A DNA stretch of 64,000 nt. It comes from Spirochaetota bacterium. Its GTDB lineage: Bacteria; Spirochaetota; UBA4802; JAFGDQ01. A program made the translations under genes and the position numbers. Under the pieces are notes generated by a model that had not been told where the DNA came from, searched no databases, and was given only the letters and a program-made list of their open reading frames with translations. The stretch spans positions 1-64,000 of the forward strand of contig JAZDKB010000003.1 in NCBI GenBank assembly GCA_043803405.1, in the 5' to 3' direction. This document shows positions 47,804-57,997 of the stretch, piece after piece; position 1 is the first letter of the stretch, and the number at the start of each line of letters is the position of its first letter.

Positions 47804-49768
47804 ATGAATGATATTTTCGGCGAAAACGGGCATTTGAGCCGCGTACATGCGAACTTTGAGTTTCGCAAAGAGCAGCTTCAGATGGCGGAATTTATTATGG
47901 AGCGGCTTCTTGATAACGAGAACGCGCTGATAGAAGCAGGCACGGGCATAGGGAAAACGCTGGCGTATCTTATACCCGCAATTCTTTACAGCCTGGACAA
48001 TAAAAAGATAGTGGCTATAAGCACCGAGACCAAGGCGCTTCAGAAACAGCTTGTAGACAAAGACATACTCCTCGCAAAAAAAGTCATCAAAGAATATGCC
48101 GGAAAAGACTTTAAGCACTCCCTGTGCCTCGGGAGCTCAAATTATCCGTGCAGGAAAAGATTCGAAGCTCTCATATTAAAAGGCGCGTTTGAACCAGGTG
48201 ATGAAGAAGCAATAGATATCCTGAAAGGCTGTTTTACTGGCAAAGACATTATCTCACGTTTCAACATATCTGTTCCAAACCGCCTGTGGAACGAAGTATG
48301 CAGGGAAAGCGAAGCATGCAATACGCACCGTTGTCCTTTCACATCGAGCTGCGTTTACCTGCGGGCAAAGAGGGACTGGGCAAGCTCCAATCTTCTTGTT
48401 ATGAATCATTACCTTTTCTTCTCCAATATATCCGCAGGCAAAGCGTATCTGCCGAAATTCGACCTGGTGATATTCGACGAGGCGCATTCAATCGAGGAGA
48501 TAGCATCGGATCAGCTCGGATTTGAGGAGAGCTATGACCGTATGATAGAGGTGCTTCAGAGCCTTTACAAGAAGACCAGGAAAGGCGGCATAGTCCGCAG
48601 GATATCCAATGACAAAAACAGGAAAGAAGCGGTTGAGGCAGTGAACGCGATCTCGAAAGAGCTGAATATATTTTTTGAAAAGCTGCGCGACCTTTTCGGC
48701 AACAAACAGAATTCTTTCCGCTTTAAAGAAACTCTTTCATTCGGCGACGTTTTGATAAAGCATCTGAAGGATATTCTTGCTATCTTCGACAAGGTTGAAG
48801 ACGACTTTAGCGAAGACGCCGAGAATATAGAATTCGAGATCGCCCGCGGGAAGATGTTCAGTTTTATGCAGAATATCGATTCGCTCATGTATCTTAAAAA
48901 TTCCAATTTTGTTTACTGGATAGAACGCGACAGCGAAGAAATGATAGGCGATATTCATCTGCTCGGCAAGCCTGTAGATGTTTCCAAATCCATGTATGAT
49001 GAAATAAATTCCTTTTACGATAGCAGCATTTTTGTTTCGGCCGCGCTGACCGCAAAAAAAGAGTTTTCGTTTATTGCGGACAGGCTGGGCATTTTCAATT
49101 ACAAGCCCCTGCTTTTAACCTCGCCGTTCGATTACAAGAATCATGTTCTTCTGTACCTGGAAAAAGCATCGGCCAACCCGGATGATCCGAGGTACATGGA
49201 TCATGCTGCGGAAATATCCGCAAAGATAATAGATCTCGCTGGCGGAAACTGCCTCATGCTTTTTACATCCTACAAAATGCTTGAGACCGTTAGAAGAAAG
49301 CTGGCACCTCTGGTCAAGCGCGCGATCTATGCCCAGGGCGACTTTTCCGCTACCGAAACAGTAGAGCGCTATATAAATGACGACGGGTCAATACTGATGG
49401 GAACGCATTCGTTCTGGCAGGGGATCGATCTTCCGGGCGACCTGCTGCGCGGGGTCATCATGATGCGCCTGCCCTTCAGCGTGCCGGACAGGCCCATAAC
49501 ACAGGCGCGTATTGAACGCCTTGAACAGGCTGGCTTAAACCCGTTCGCCTCGTACCAGATCCCGAGCGCTGTAATAAAATTCAAGCAGGGCTTCGGCAGG
49601 CTGATACGCAGCAAGGAAGACCGCGGCATTGTTGCAGTACTCGACCCGCGCATTCTTTCAAAAGGTTATGGCAAGCTGTTCCTGGAATCGCTGCCCGAGT
49701 GCAGAATGGTCTATACGTTTGACGAACTTAAACGAAATTTCCCAGCGCTGGCAGTGTTAAAATCATAA
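47804..49768 (+). CDS. dinG: DinG/YoaA family ATP-dependent helicase
   Basis: EAGTGIGKT, Fe-S cysteines, DEAH, FWQGID and QGFGRLIRS motifs. Confidence 0.92.
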   Translation: MNDIFGENGHLSRVHANFEFRKEQLQMAEFIMERLLDNENALIEAGTGIGKTLAYLIPAILYSLDNKKIVAISTETKALQKQLVDKDILLAKKVIKEYAGKDFKHSLCLGSSNYPCRKRFEALILKGAFEPGDEEAIDILKGCFTGKDIISRFNISVPNRLWNEVCRESEACNTHRCPFTSSCVYLRAKRDWASSNLLVMNHYLFFSNISAGKAYLPKFDLVIFDEAHSIEEIASDQLGFEESYDRMIEVLQSLYKKTRKGGIVRRISNDKNRKEAVEAVNAISKELNIFFEKLRDLFGNKQNSFRFKETLSFGDVLIKHLKDILAIFDKVEDDFSEDAENIEFEIARGKMFSFMQNIDSLMYLKNSNFVYWIERDSEEMIGDIHLLGKPVDVSKSMYDEINSFYDSSIFVSAALTAKKEFSFIADRLGIFNYKPLLLTSPFDYKNHVLLYLEKASANPDDPRYMDHAAEISAKIIDLAGGNCLMLFTSYKMLETVRRKLAPLVKRAIYAQGDFSATETVERYINDDGSILMGTHSFWQGIDLPGDLLRGVIMMRLPFSVPDRPITQARIERLEQAGLNPFASYQIPSAVIKFKQGFGRLIRSKEDRGIVAVLDPRILSKGYGKLFLESLPECRMVYTFDELKRNFPALAVLKS

Positions 49769-49881
49769 TTATATTATATTTTTTATCCTTTGAATTTTTT
49801 TGCTTGAATTCAAAAGATATTCCTTAAAAAAACAACATAGCCATAATAATATCATACAAGAAATTTTAAGAGGAAAACAAC

Positions 49882-51336
49882 ATGTCGAAATTTGATCTAA
49901 CGCTTTCGGATCTGAACTCGCTTTTTCCGGACAACTTTACGGAGGAACAGAAGGCTAAAGCAAAAACAATATTCTTAAAAGAGCTTTCTTTAACAGCGCA
50001 TAAATTCTACTGCGGGAAAACAATGACCGTACCCAAAGCCGGGATTTACGGCTTTAACTGGTTCAATGTATGGTACACTCCGGGCGTATCGATGATATCG
50101 ACAACGATAAGGGACAACAATGACGCATCCTTCGAGCTTTCGAACAGGGGAAACCTTGTCGCGGTGGTTTCGGATTCGACGCGCGTGCTGGGCGACGGCG
50201 ACTGCACGCCCCCGGGCGGGCTTGGTGTTATGGAGGGCAAGGCCTTCCTTATGAAATACCTCGGCGGAGTCGACGGGGTTGCGCTTTGCATTAACAGTTA
50301 CAATAAAAAGGGCGAGCACGACCCGGATAAAATAATTGATTTTGTAAAGATGCTGGAGCCGAGCTTCGGAGCAGTCAACCTTGAAGACATTTCCCAGCCC
50401 AACTGCTACAAGGTGCTGGATACTCTGCGCGAGGAATGCGATATTCCTGTGTGGCACGATGACGCCCAGGGCACGGGCTGCGTAACAGTCGCGGGACTTG
50501 TCAATGCACTTAAGGTCGCGGACAAGGAGATCGGCAAGGTCAGGATAGTTATGATAGGCGCAGGCGCGTCCAACACAACCATTTCAAGGCTGATATTAAA
50601 GGCGGGCGCTGACCCGTCTAAAATGATTATTTTCGATTCAAAGGGCGGGCTTCATAAAGGCAGGGACGACATAAAGGCAGATGCGGCTTATTACAGGAAG
50701 TGGGAGCTTTGCGAAGCTACGAATCCGGGCAGGGTAAACGAGATCGAAGCTGCCATGAAGGACGCGGACGTGCTGATCGCGCTATCCAGGCCGGGCCCTG
50801 ATGCTGTTAAACAGGACTGGATAAGAAGCATGGGGAAGAAGCCGATTGTGTTTGCATGCTCCAACCCGGTGCCGGAAATTTATCCCTTCGCTGCAAAGGA
50901 AGCGGGCGCGTATATTGTTGCAACAGGCCGCGGAGACTTTCCGAACCAGGTCAATAACTCGATCGGGTTCCCGGGCATTCTTAAGGGCGCTCTCCTTGTA
51001 AGGGCAAGGAAAATAACGGACGAGATGGCGCTTTCTGCCGCGTACGCAATCGCGAAATTCGCGGAGAAGAAAGGCATTAACCCGGAAAAAATAATGCCCA
51101 CTATGGACGAAACGGAAGTCTTTGCGGAAGAATCCGCGGACGTGGCCATGGAAGCGATTAAGAACGGCGTTGCAAGGATAAAGCTTTCGAGGGAAGAGGT
51201 TTATAAAACAACACTGGCTGACATTAAAGAAGCAAGGGCAGTAATGGATGTGCTTATGGAAAAGCAGTTCATTAAAAAACCGGATATTGCCCTGCTTGAA
51301 GCAGCAGCTAAAAAAGCAATCGATGCGGTAAAGTAA
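49882..51336 (+). CDS. NAD(P)-dependent malic enzyme
   Basis: YTPGV, VMEGKA, NLEDI, HDDAQGT and TGRGDFPNQVNN motifs. Confidence 0.93.
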   Translation: MSKFDLTLSDLNSLFPDNFTEEQKAKAKTIFLKELSLTAHKFYCGKTMTVPKAGIYGFNWFNVWYTPGVSMISTTIRDNNDASFELSNRGNLVAVVSDSTRVLGDGDCTPPGGLGVMEGKAFLMKYLGGVDGVALCINSYNKKGEHDPDKIIDFVKMLEPSFGAVNLEDISQPNCYKVLDTLREECDIPVWHDDAQGTGCVTVAGLVNALKVADKEIGKVRIVMIGAGASNTTISRLILKAGADPSKMIIFDSKGGLHKGRDDIKADAAYYRKWELCEATNPGRVNEIEAAMKDADVLIALSRPGPDAVKQDWIRSMGKKPIVFACSNPVPEIYPFAAKEAGAYIVATGRGDFPNQVNNSIGFPGILKGALLVRARKITDEMALSAAYAIAKFAEKKGINPEKIMPTMDETEVFAEESADVAMEAIKNGVARIKLSREEVYKTTLADIKEARAVMDVLMEKQFIKKPDIALLEAAAKKAIDAVK

Positions 51337-51348
51337 GGCTACTTTACT

Positions 51349-51735
51349 TCACCAGACTGTCTTGACTTTATATTTCTTTATTTGCGAATCAGATGTTATT
51401 ATCGGATAGCCAGAGCTGATTGACTGGGCAATGAGCATTCTGTCAAACGGATCTTTATGTATTTCTTTGAGATTATAAACCTGTATGGCATGGGGGATTG
51501 TAACCGGAAACGGAATAAAATTATATGCGCGAATGATCTCTGAAACAAAAGTATCCAGATCGACATCAATATTTATCTTGCCCAGCTTCAGCTTAATGCT
51601 TATTTCCCAGACTACCGCAGAGCTTAGAAAAATATTGTTTTTGGAAGTTTTTATTATATTCTCTGCTTTTTCTGAAATCCGCGGATCATTGTTTGCGAAC
51701 CATAATAAAACATGTGTATCGAGAATATAATTCAT
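51349..51735 (-). CDS. vapC: VapC PIN-domain toxin
   Basis: ILDTHVLLW...WEISIK...HKDPFDRMLIAQ...TSD. Confidence 0.93.
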   Translation of the reverse strand: MNYILDTHVLLWFANNDPRISEKAENIIKTSKNNIFLSSAVVWEISIKLKLGKINIDVDLDTFVSEIIRAYNFIPFPVTIPHAIQVYNLKEIHKDPFDRMLIAQSISSGYPIITSDSQIKKYKVKTVW

Positions 51736-51971
51736 TACTTATAAAAATCCTCTGTTGCTTTATCCGGCAACGGCCGGTCAATATCGTCAGAATATTTAAT
51801 TTTCCCTTTAAAAATTCCGGGCTTTCTGTCTTTGTTCTTTTTATTTATCGAAACAAGCCTTGCGACCGGCTCTCCTGATTTTGCAATTACTATTTCCTCA
51901 CCTTCTATAGCCCTGTTAATTAATTTTGACAGGTGTGTCTTTGTCTCGTATATATTTACTTTAATGGACAT
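51735..51971 (-). CDS. Phd/YefM family antitoxin
   Basis: VNIYETKTHLSKLI...GEEIVIAKSGEPVARLV; stop overlaps the toxin start. Confidence 0.92.
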   Translation of the reverse strand: MSIKVNIYETKTHLSKLINRAIEGEEIVIAKSGEPVARLVSINKKNKDRKPGIFKGKIKYSDDIDRPLPDKATEDFYK

Positions 51972-52003
51972 ATATAAATCCTTATGTAATTTTCTTTTCT
52001 TTT

Positions 52004-52032
52004 AATATATATTTGACCAAATACTTAGTCAA
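52004..52032 (-). promoter_or_regulatory. sigma70 promoter and palindromic operator of phd-vapC
   Basis: Minus strand TTGACT-17 bp-TATATT, overlapped by the imperfect palindrome TTGACCAAATACTTAGTCAA (52013-52032). Confidence 0.6.
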
Positions 52033-52141
52033 GCCAATTTAAATTCTCTTTCGCTGAAAAATTTATAAATAATAAGGAGAAAACATCTTTACAGAATCAA
52101 CTTTACTCTAATTATTAGGTTCTTACAAAAGGAAATAAAGC

Positions 52142-54376
52142 ATGAAAGCATTACTTGAAAAGCTAAACAGCAGCCAGAAAGAGGCTGTGCTCCATACTGA
52201 CGGGCCGCTGTTGATACTCGCCGGCGCTGGCTCGGGCAAAACAAGGGTGATTACGTGCAGGGTCGCTTATCTCATTAAAGAGAAGAAAATACGGCCGTAT
52301 AATATAATGGCAGTGACCTTTACCAACAAAGCCGCAGCAGAAATGAAAAAAAGAGTGATCGATCTTGTAGGCCCGGAAGGCATGAGCGTGTTCATTAAAA
52401 CATTTCATTCTGCGTCTGTGTATATATTAAGAAGGTTCGGTGAGAAGATCGGCATACCATCTTCCTTTTCAATTTACGACACAAGCGACCAGGAAGCTCT
52501 CATCAAAGATATTCTTATGGACATGCGGCTTGACCCGAAAAAAGTGAAACCGCGCATGATAGCTTCCAGAATTTCGGACATAAAGAACAAGGCTGAATAT
52601 TTTTCCGCAGGCCCGGACTCACTCATGCCGGCTAATCTGCCTTTTAATTTTCCGGAGATCTACAAGGTATACCACCAGCGCTTAAGGCGCCTGTGCGCTC
52701 TCGACTTTGACGACCTCCTCATTGAAACTGCGAAACTCCTGAGGGAATGCCCGGACGAGTTATCCAGAATGCAGAGCATGTGGCAATATTTCATGATAGA
52801 CGAATACCAGGATACGAATCACGCGCAGTACCTGATCTGCAAACACCTGTCTTCGGCTACGCGCAATCTGTGCGTGGTGGGCGACGACGATCAGTCCATT
52901 TACTCGTGGAGAGGAGCGGATATTCGCAACATCCTTACCTTTGAGAAGGACTACAAAGAAACCCGCGTAATAAAGCTGGAGGAAAACTACAGGTCAACAT
53001 CATCCATACTGGACTCGGCATTTTACGTTATTAAAAATAATCAGCAGCGCAAAGACAAGCGGCTGGTCGCAGTGCGTGGCGAGGGAGAGCCTGTGATCTG
53101 GTGCCGGGCAAATAACGAATACGGGGAAGCGGAATATGTCGTGAACACGATCATTTCCCTGAAAAACAGGGAAGGGCTTAAAAACAGGGACTTCGCGATA
53201 TTCTACAGGACGAACGCGCAGTCCAGGGTGTTTGAAGATTTTCTTAGAAGGGAAAACCTGCCCTACAGGATAGTAGGCGGGCTTAAGTTCTACGACAGAA
53301 AAGAGATAAAGGATATACTCGCATACTTAAGAGTAATCGCAAACCCTGCGGACACTGTCTCACTCCTAAGGGTAATAAATACGCCTGCGAGGGGGCTTGG
53401 AAGCGTAAGCATTGAAGCGCTCCGCGAGACTGCGGGTGCCGAAGGGCTTTCGGAGTGGGATATCATCGATAAGGGATACCCGATAAAAGGGAAAATCCCG
53501 AAAGGGCTGGCTGAGTTTAAAAATATTATTGCCAAAGGCATGGAGATGTCCCGCGACATTCCGGAAAAACTGAGCCTTGGTGATTTTGTAAACGAGATCA
53601 TCGAAATAACCGGATACAAAAAAGAACTGGAAGATGAAGATTCGATTGAGAGCAGGGCAAGGCTGGAAAACCTGGATGAGCTTCTGAACAGCATCTATGC
53701 TTACGAAGAAGTCAGTATGCAGGCGACCCTTAACGAATTTTTGCAGGATATTTCTCTTGTAACTTCCGAGGAGAATCCGGGCGAGGCGCCCGGCGAGACC
53801 GGCTCAATCACGCTCATGACAGTCCATATTGCAAAGGGGCTGGAGTTCCCTGTCGTTTTTTTAACAGGCATGGAGGAAGGGACATTCCCGCACAGCATGT
53901 CGAGCGACACTGAAGAAGGCCTCGAAGAAGAGAGAAGACTCTGCTACGTTGGAATCACGCGCGCAATGAACAGGCTTTATGTCACCAATGCCGAGATCAG
54001 AAGAAGCTACAGCGATCTGAGATATAAAATTCCTTCAAGATTTATTAATGAAATACCGGAAGAGCTGCTGGAGGTTGCCGAATTCCAGACCGGCGATTTT
54101 TCATTTGGCACAGTGCGCTCGTCCGATTTCCGGAAAGCAAATCCTGTCAGCACCCGCATTAATAGTGTACCGAAATATGAGCCGCCGGCAGCCATTGCGG
54201 AAAAGAAAAACAAAAGCCGCTATTCAGTAAAGGAAATTGTAATGCACCCCAAATACGGCACTGGCATCATCACAAGCATCAAAGGCGACGGGGACAATAC
54301 CAAGCTTACAATAAGCTTTAACGGCAGAAGCAAAACATTTCTCGAAAAATATGTTAACCTCGACAGGATGCGCTAG
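52142..54376 (+). CDS. pcrA: UvrD/PcrA family DNA helicase
   Basis: AGAGSGKT, DEYQDTN, VGDDDQSIYSWRGA and EEERRLCYVGITRA motifs plus HPKYG C-terminal domain. Confidence 0.95.
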   Translation: MKALLEKLNSSQKEAVLHTDGPLLILAGAGSGKTRVITCRVAYLIKEKKIRPYNIMAVTFTNKAAAEMKKRVIDLVGPEGMSVFIKTFHSASVYILRRFGEKIGIPSSFSIYDTSDQEALIKDILMDMRLDPKKVKPRMIASRISDIKNKAEYFSAGPDSLMPANLPFNFPEIYKVYHQRLRRLCALDFDDLLIETAKLLRECPDELSRMQSMWQYFMIDEYQDTNHAQYLICKHLSSATRNLCVVGDDDQSIYSWRGADIRNILTFEKDYKETRVIKLEENYRSTSSILDSAFYVIKNNQQRKDKRLVAVRGEGEPVIWCRANNEYGEAEYVVNTIISLKNREGLKNRDFAIFYRTNAQSRVFEDFLRRENLPYRIVGGLKFYDRKEIKDILAYLRVIANPADTVSLLRVINTPARGLGSVSIEALRETAGAEGLSEWDIIDKGYPIKGKIPKGLAEFKNIIAKGMEMSRDIPEKLSLGDFVNEIIEITGYKKELEDEDSIESRARLENLDELLNSIYAYEEVSMQATLNEFLQDISLVTSEENPGEAPGETGSITLMTVHIAKGLEFPVVFLTGMEEGTFPHSMSSDTEEGLEEERRLCYVGITRAMNRLYVTNAEIRRSYSDLRYKIPSRFINEIPEELLEVAEFQTGDFSFGTVRSSDFRKANPVSTRINSVPKYEPPAAIAEKKNKSRYSVKEIVMHPKYGTGIITSIKGDGDNTKLTISFNGRSKTFLEKYVNLDRMR

Positions 54377-54395
54377 CAGTTCAGAAAAATATTTC

Positions 54396-54433
54396 TTGAC
54401 AAATATGTACTAAATATGCATATTAATATGCAT
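54396..54433 (+). promoter_or_regulatory. sigma70 promoter with perfect 18-bp palindromic operator (vapBC)
   Basis: TTGACA (54396-54401), 17 bp, then CATATT; ATGCATATTAATATGCAT (54416-54433) overlaps the -10 box and the start codon. Confidence 0.7.
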
Positions 54434-54623
54434 GAGAACAACATTAAACATAAATGACCAAATACTAAAGAAAGCATCAGTGTTAACCGGTATATCAGAA
54501 AAGACAGCTCTGGTTCACAAAGGTCTTGAAGCATTAATAACTATTGAAAGTGCAAAACGACTTGCTGCCTTAGGCGGAACTGAAAAAGACGCAAAATATA
54601 TACCAAGAAGAAAATCCAAATGA
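54432..54623 (+). CDS. vapB: VapB antitoxin
   Basis: MRTTLNIND.ILKKA..LTGISEKTALV..GLEALI..ESAKRLAALGG; overlaps the toxin start. Confidence 0.9.
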   Translation: MRTTLNINDQILKKASVLTGISEKTALVHKGLEALITIESAKRLAALGGTEKDAKYIPRRKSK

Positions 54624-54985
54624 TACTGGTAGATACATCAATTTGGATTGACCATTTAAAAAGAACAGACCCCAAACTATTTGAACTTCTTCATGAAGGG
54701 GAAGTCTGCACGCATCCATTCATAATTGGAGAGCTGGCCTCAGGAAACTTAAAAAATAGAGTCGAAATTATTCAATTATTAAAAGCTTTACCTGAAGTTC
54801 TTGTAGCAACTGATGATGAGGTTTTACAATTTATTGAAGAAAGACATCTATACGGTAAAGGTCTTAGCTACATTGACATACATTTATTAGCATCAACATT
54901 TATCAATAAAGTTTCATTATGGACAAAAGATAAACAGCTTTCAATAATCTATTTAGAAATAAATACGAAGAAAAATATTTTCTAA
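54620..54985 (+). CDS. vapC: VapC PIN-domain toxin
   Basis: MILVDTSIWIDHL...HPFIIGELA...GLSYIDIHLLAS...LWTKDK. Confidence 0.92.
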   Translation: MILVDTSIWIDHLKRTDPKLFELLHEGEVCTHPFIIGELASGNLKNRVEIIQLLKALPEVLVATDDEVLQFIEERHLYGKGLSYIDIHLLASTFINKVSLWTKDKQLSIIYLEINTKKNIF

Positions 54986-55207
54986 CATTTAAAAAAGTAT
55001 GTCAAGAACCGCAAGCTGGTTAAGTTAGGATATTGCTCCAAGAATCCAAACTGCCTTGCTTATGAATATCTGCATCACGGTTAATGCATCTTATTATTTC
55101 GTTGACATAATAAATAATTATATTATTATTAAATAAAGTAAGGACGAATGATTATTCGCCTTTACGGAATATTGAACTTTATTTTTAACTTTTTAAAGAG
55201 GAAACTT

Positions 55208-55522
55208 ATGGCAAATTTAACTGAAATTAATGACAATAACTTTAAATCGGAAGTCCTGGAAGCAAAAGGAAAAATCCTTGTGGATTTCTGGGCGCCCTGG
55301 TGCGGGCCGTGCAGAATGCAGGGGCCTATACTTGAAAAACTTGCGACATCCGGTGAAATAAAAGCAAAAATCGTTAAAGTCAACACAGACGAAAGCCCGG
55401 GTACGGCAGGCAAATTTGGAATTCAATCCATACCCACGCTTATTATTTTTGAAAACGGCAAAGAAGTCGACAGAATGGTAGGTACTCAGCCGGAAAACGT
55501 TCTTAAAGGAAAACTTCAGTAA
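55208..55522 (+). CDS. trxA: Thioredoxin
   Basis: WAPWCGPC active site; start re-called to the ATG at 55208 (GAGG RBS). Confidence 0.96.
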   Translation: MANLTEINDNNFKSEVLEAKGKILVDFWAPWCGPCRMQGPILEKLATSGEIKAKIVKVNTDESPGTAGKFGIQSIPTLIIFENGKEVDRMVGTQPENVLKGKLQ

Positions 55523-55525
55523 AAT

Positions 55526-55725
55526 ATAAAAATATGCCACGGAGACACAGAGGCAGACGTTTGTTGCGACATCCTGTCGCCGTCTGCACCTTGCCATCCT
55601 GGCAAATGCCAATAAGTTTAACTTTTTTAAAAAAGTATAACATACTATTAATTTTAGAGAAATTTCTCAATAAAAACAACCTTATTCGAAGATAAATCCT
55701 TTGTGCCTCTGTGGCATATTTTTAT
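55526..55725. repeat. Paired inverted GCCACrGAG repeats with nested hairpins
   Basis: 55526-55553 and 55698-55725 are a 25/28 inverted match; nested hairpins GCGAC-ATCCT-GTCGC (55566-55580) and TTGCC-ATCCT-GGCAA (55591-55605). Confidence 0.8.
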
Positions 55726-55764
55726 TATAAGACAGCCCCAACATATATTTCCAAATAATTTTCA

Positions 55765-55792
55765 TTCAGTTTATCAACTAACCTATCGATAT
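55765..55792 (+). promoter_or_regulatory. Possible sigma28 promoter of fliK-flgD-flgE
   Basis: TTCAGTTT-N12-ATCGATAT is an imperfect match to TAAAGTTT-N11-GCCGATAA, upstream of flagellar genes. Confidence 0.3.
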
Positions 55793-55854
55793 TATTAATC
55801 AGTTAAGTCTATAATTGCAGAATAATTAAAAAATTATTTAATCAGGAATCATTA

Positions 55855-57339
55855 ATGAATAATTTTAATAATCTCGGTTTTATTAAAACTCTGGAAAATC
55901 CGGTAACTCCTCATTCGAATTCCTCGAATTTTTTAAAGGAACTTCCGATCCCGAGTCAAAGTTTTAATAACATTCTTCAGGATCAACTTAATAATCCATC
56001 GTATTCAGGCGAGTTATTCGGAGAGGTCAGCAGGCATGATCCGTATAATAACGATATAGCAAGTACAGAAAAACCTATATATGAAAAATATGATTTAAAA
56101 ACAACTGATAAAACTGAAAAGAATGAAGAAATTACTGACAAAGAAAACCCATCCGGAGTCAGCAAAGATATTAATTATTTAAATAACGAAAAAGACAATA
56201 TTCACAATATATCCAACAACCAAAACGAAAAAACCGATGATAAATCCGAACTTGCCGGCGCCGATAAAACCCATAAAGATGTTCAGGATTCCGCTCTAAG
56301 AACAAAAAAAACTAATAATAAAGAAAAAGCATCTGAAATTGAAGATCCTTCTTTGTTGTTAAAAGAAATAAATTATATTTTAAATATGATTAAGGGAGCA
56401 CCTTTTGAAAAAAGGCAAATACAGGAGATTAAATCGGTTTTATCTGAATTAAAAAACAGTCTCATAACAAAGAATGATAATCCGGATAAAAATATAATTA
56501 CACAGAACAGCCTTGAATTGAAAAAAATGCTGGAGAAACTTAAAAGCTTAATTGAAACCGCGAATGAGCGTTCCGGCATTAAGCGCCTGAATTTCGACAA
56601 CAAAGATGTTATTGCAAAGACTGAAAAAAGCGGGGATATACGCGATATAGAGGATCTTAAAAAACAAATATCAAAACTTATCGAAGATCTGAAACAGAAT
56701 ATAAATCATAAAAAAACCGAAAATATTTTCAGCAAAATCGAAGATGTTAATGAAAATAAAAATCTGAATGTTCAAAAAGTTCTTCAGGAAAATACTTCGG
56801 CCGACAAAAGCGAAAACGCACAGGCGAAGGATAATTCGTCCGGCTTCAATTTCTCCTCGCAAAGAAAAGAAGTGGAAAGTACAGGATCGAGCCTTCACAA
56901 AGGAAATGCCGCAGGAACCGAGAGAAGAAACGCGTTCGAGGATCAGCTTGATGCGGTGATGCAGAATGCAAGGATAGTTGTGCGCGACAGCAAAAACGGA
57001 AGCTTCTCCATAAGGCTGCAGCCCGAGTCGCTCGGCACAGTCAACGTAAACCTAAACCTTGAGCAGGGCGTCATTATGGGAAGATTTCTCGTGGACAGCG
57101 CAGAAGCAAAAGAAGTCCTGCTCGAGAATATGCAGTCTGTAATTGAGCGCCTTCAGGATAACGGAATTTCGGTCGGCGAATTCAACGTAAATGTCCGGGA
57201 AAATAAAAGTTCATTTTCCGGATTCAGAGAGGATGCATTGCCGCATATTATCAATCATAAAGAACCGGTAACTGCAGGCAATGAATATGAAATAAATTCG
57301 CATTACATGCACGATGGTGCCATAGATCTCATTATATAA
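55855..57339 (+). CDS. fliK: Flagellar hook-length control protein
   Basis: Low-complexity N-terminus and C-terminal IRLQPESLGTVNVNL...L...LQDNGISV domain; upstream of flgD. Confidence 0.88.
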   Translation: MNNFNNLGFIKTLENPVTPHSNSSNFLKELPIPSQSFNNILQDQLNNPSYSGELFGEVSRHDPYNNDIASTEKPIYEKYDLKTTDKTEKNEEITDKENPSGVSKDINYLNNEKDNIHNISNNQNEKTDDKSELAGADKTHKDVQDSALRTKKTNNKEKASEIEDPSLLLKEINYILNMIKGAPFEKRQIQEIKSVLSELKNSLITKNDNPDKNIITQNSLELKKMLEKLKSLIETANERSGIKRLNFDNKDVIAKTEKSGDIRDIEDLKKQISKLIEDLKQNINHKKTENIFSKIEDVNENKNLNVQKVLQENTSADKSENAQAKDNSSGFNFSSQRKEVESTGSSLHKGNAAGTERRNAFEDQLDAVMQNARIVVRDSKNGSFSIRLQPESLGTVNVNLNLEQGVIMGRFLVDSAEAKEVLLENMQSVIERLQDNGISVGEFNVNVRENKSSFSGFREDALPHIINHKEPVTAGNEYEINSHYMHDGAIDLII

Positions 57340-57410
57340 ACAGAGACATATAACCATTTGTACTTTAGACACAAATAAGACATTATTTATTTTTTAATAA
57401 AAGGTATGTT

Positions 57411-57944
57411 ATGGAAAATAATTCAGCAGCAATTACAAATTCAGTAAAAAAGCAAAACACAAATAACACTATAACAAATTCCCCCAGAAAAAATAAAGTG
57501 GGGAATGAAAATCTGGATAAAGACGCTTTTCTAAAACTTCTGGTTACGGAACTGAGACATCAGGACCCGACCCAGCCTATGGAAAACAAGGAATTCATAT
57601 CGCAAATGGCACAGTTTTCCGCGCTGGAGCAAATGACAAACGTAAACAAATCGATTCAGCAGCTTAACAAAACTTCCAGATCAGCAGAAGCGTATTCACT
57701 TCTCGGTAAAAACGTCAAAGCGTTCGATCCGGCATCCGGCATAAAGGTTGAGGGAGCAGTCACTTCAATATTTTACAAAAACGACGAAATAAGACTTATG
57801 GTAAATGGAAAGGAAATCGGATTAAATGATATTCATTCAGTATACACAAATGATCCGGAAAATAAAACCGGGAAAGCAAACGTAACGGATTATAATCCTA
57901 AAGATAATAAGAATAATAACGATACTAATAAAGCAGGGAATTAA
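57411..57944 (+). CDS. flgD: Flagellar hook capping protein
   Basis: LDKDAFLKLLVTELRHQDPTQPM..EFISQMAQFSALEQM. Confidence 0.95.
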   Translation: MENNSAAITNSVKKQNTNNTITNSPRKNKVGNENLDKDAFLKLLVTELRHQDPTQPMENKEFISQMAQFSALEQMTNVNKSIQQLNKTSRSAEAYSLLGKNVKAFDPASGIKVEGAVTSIFYKNDEIRLMVNGKEIGLNDIHSVYTNDPENKTGKANVTDYNPKDNKNNNDTNKAGN

Positions 57945-57997
57945 TTTTTTTATTACATTTTGTTTAAAAAAAATTTGGATCCAGGAGCAAAATCGCC

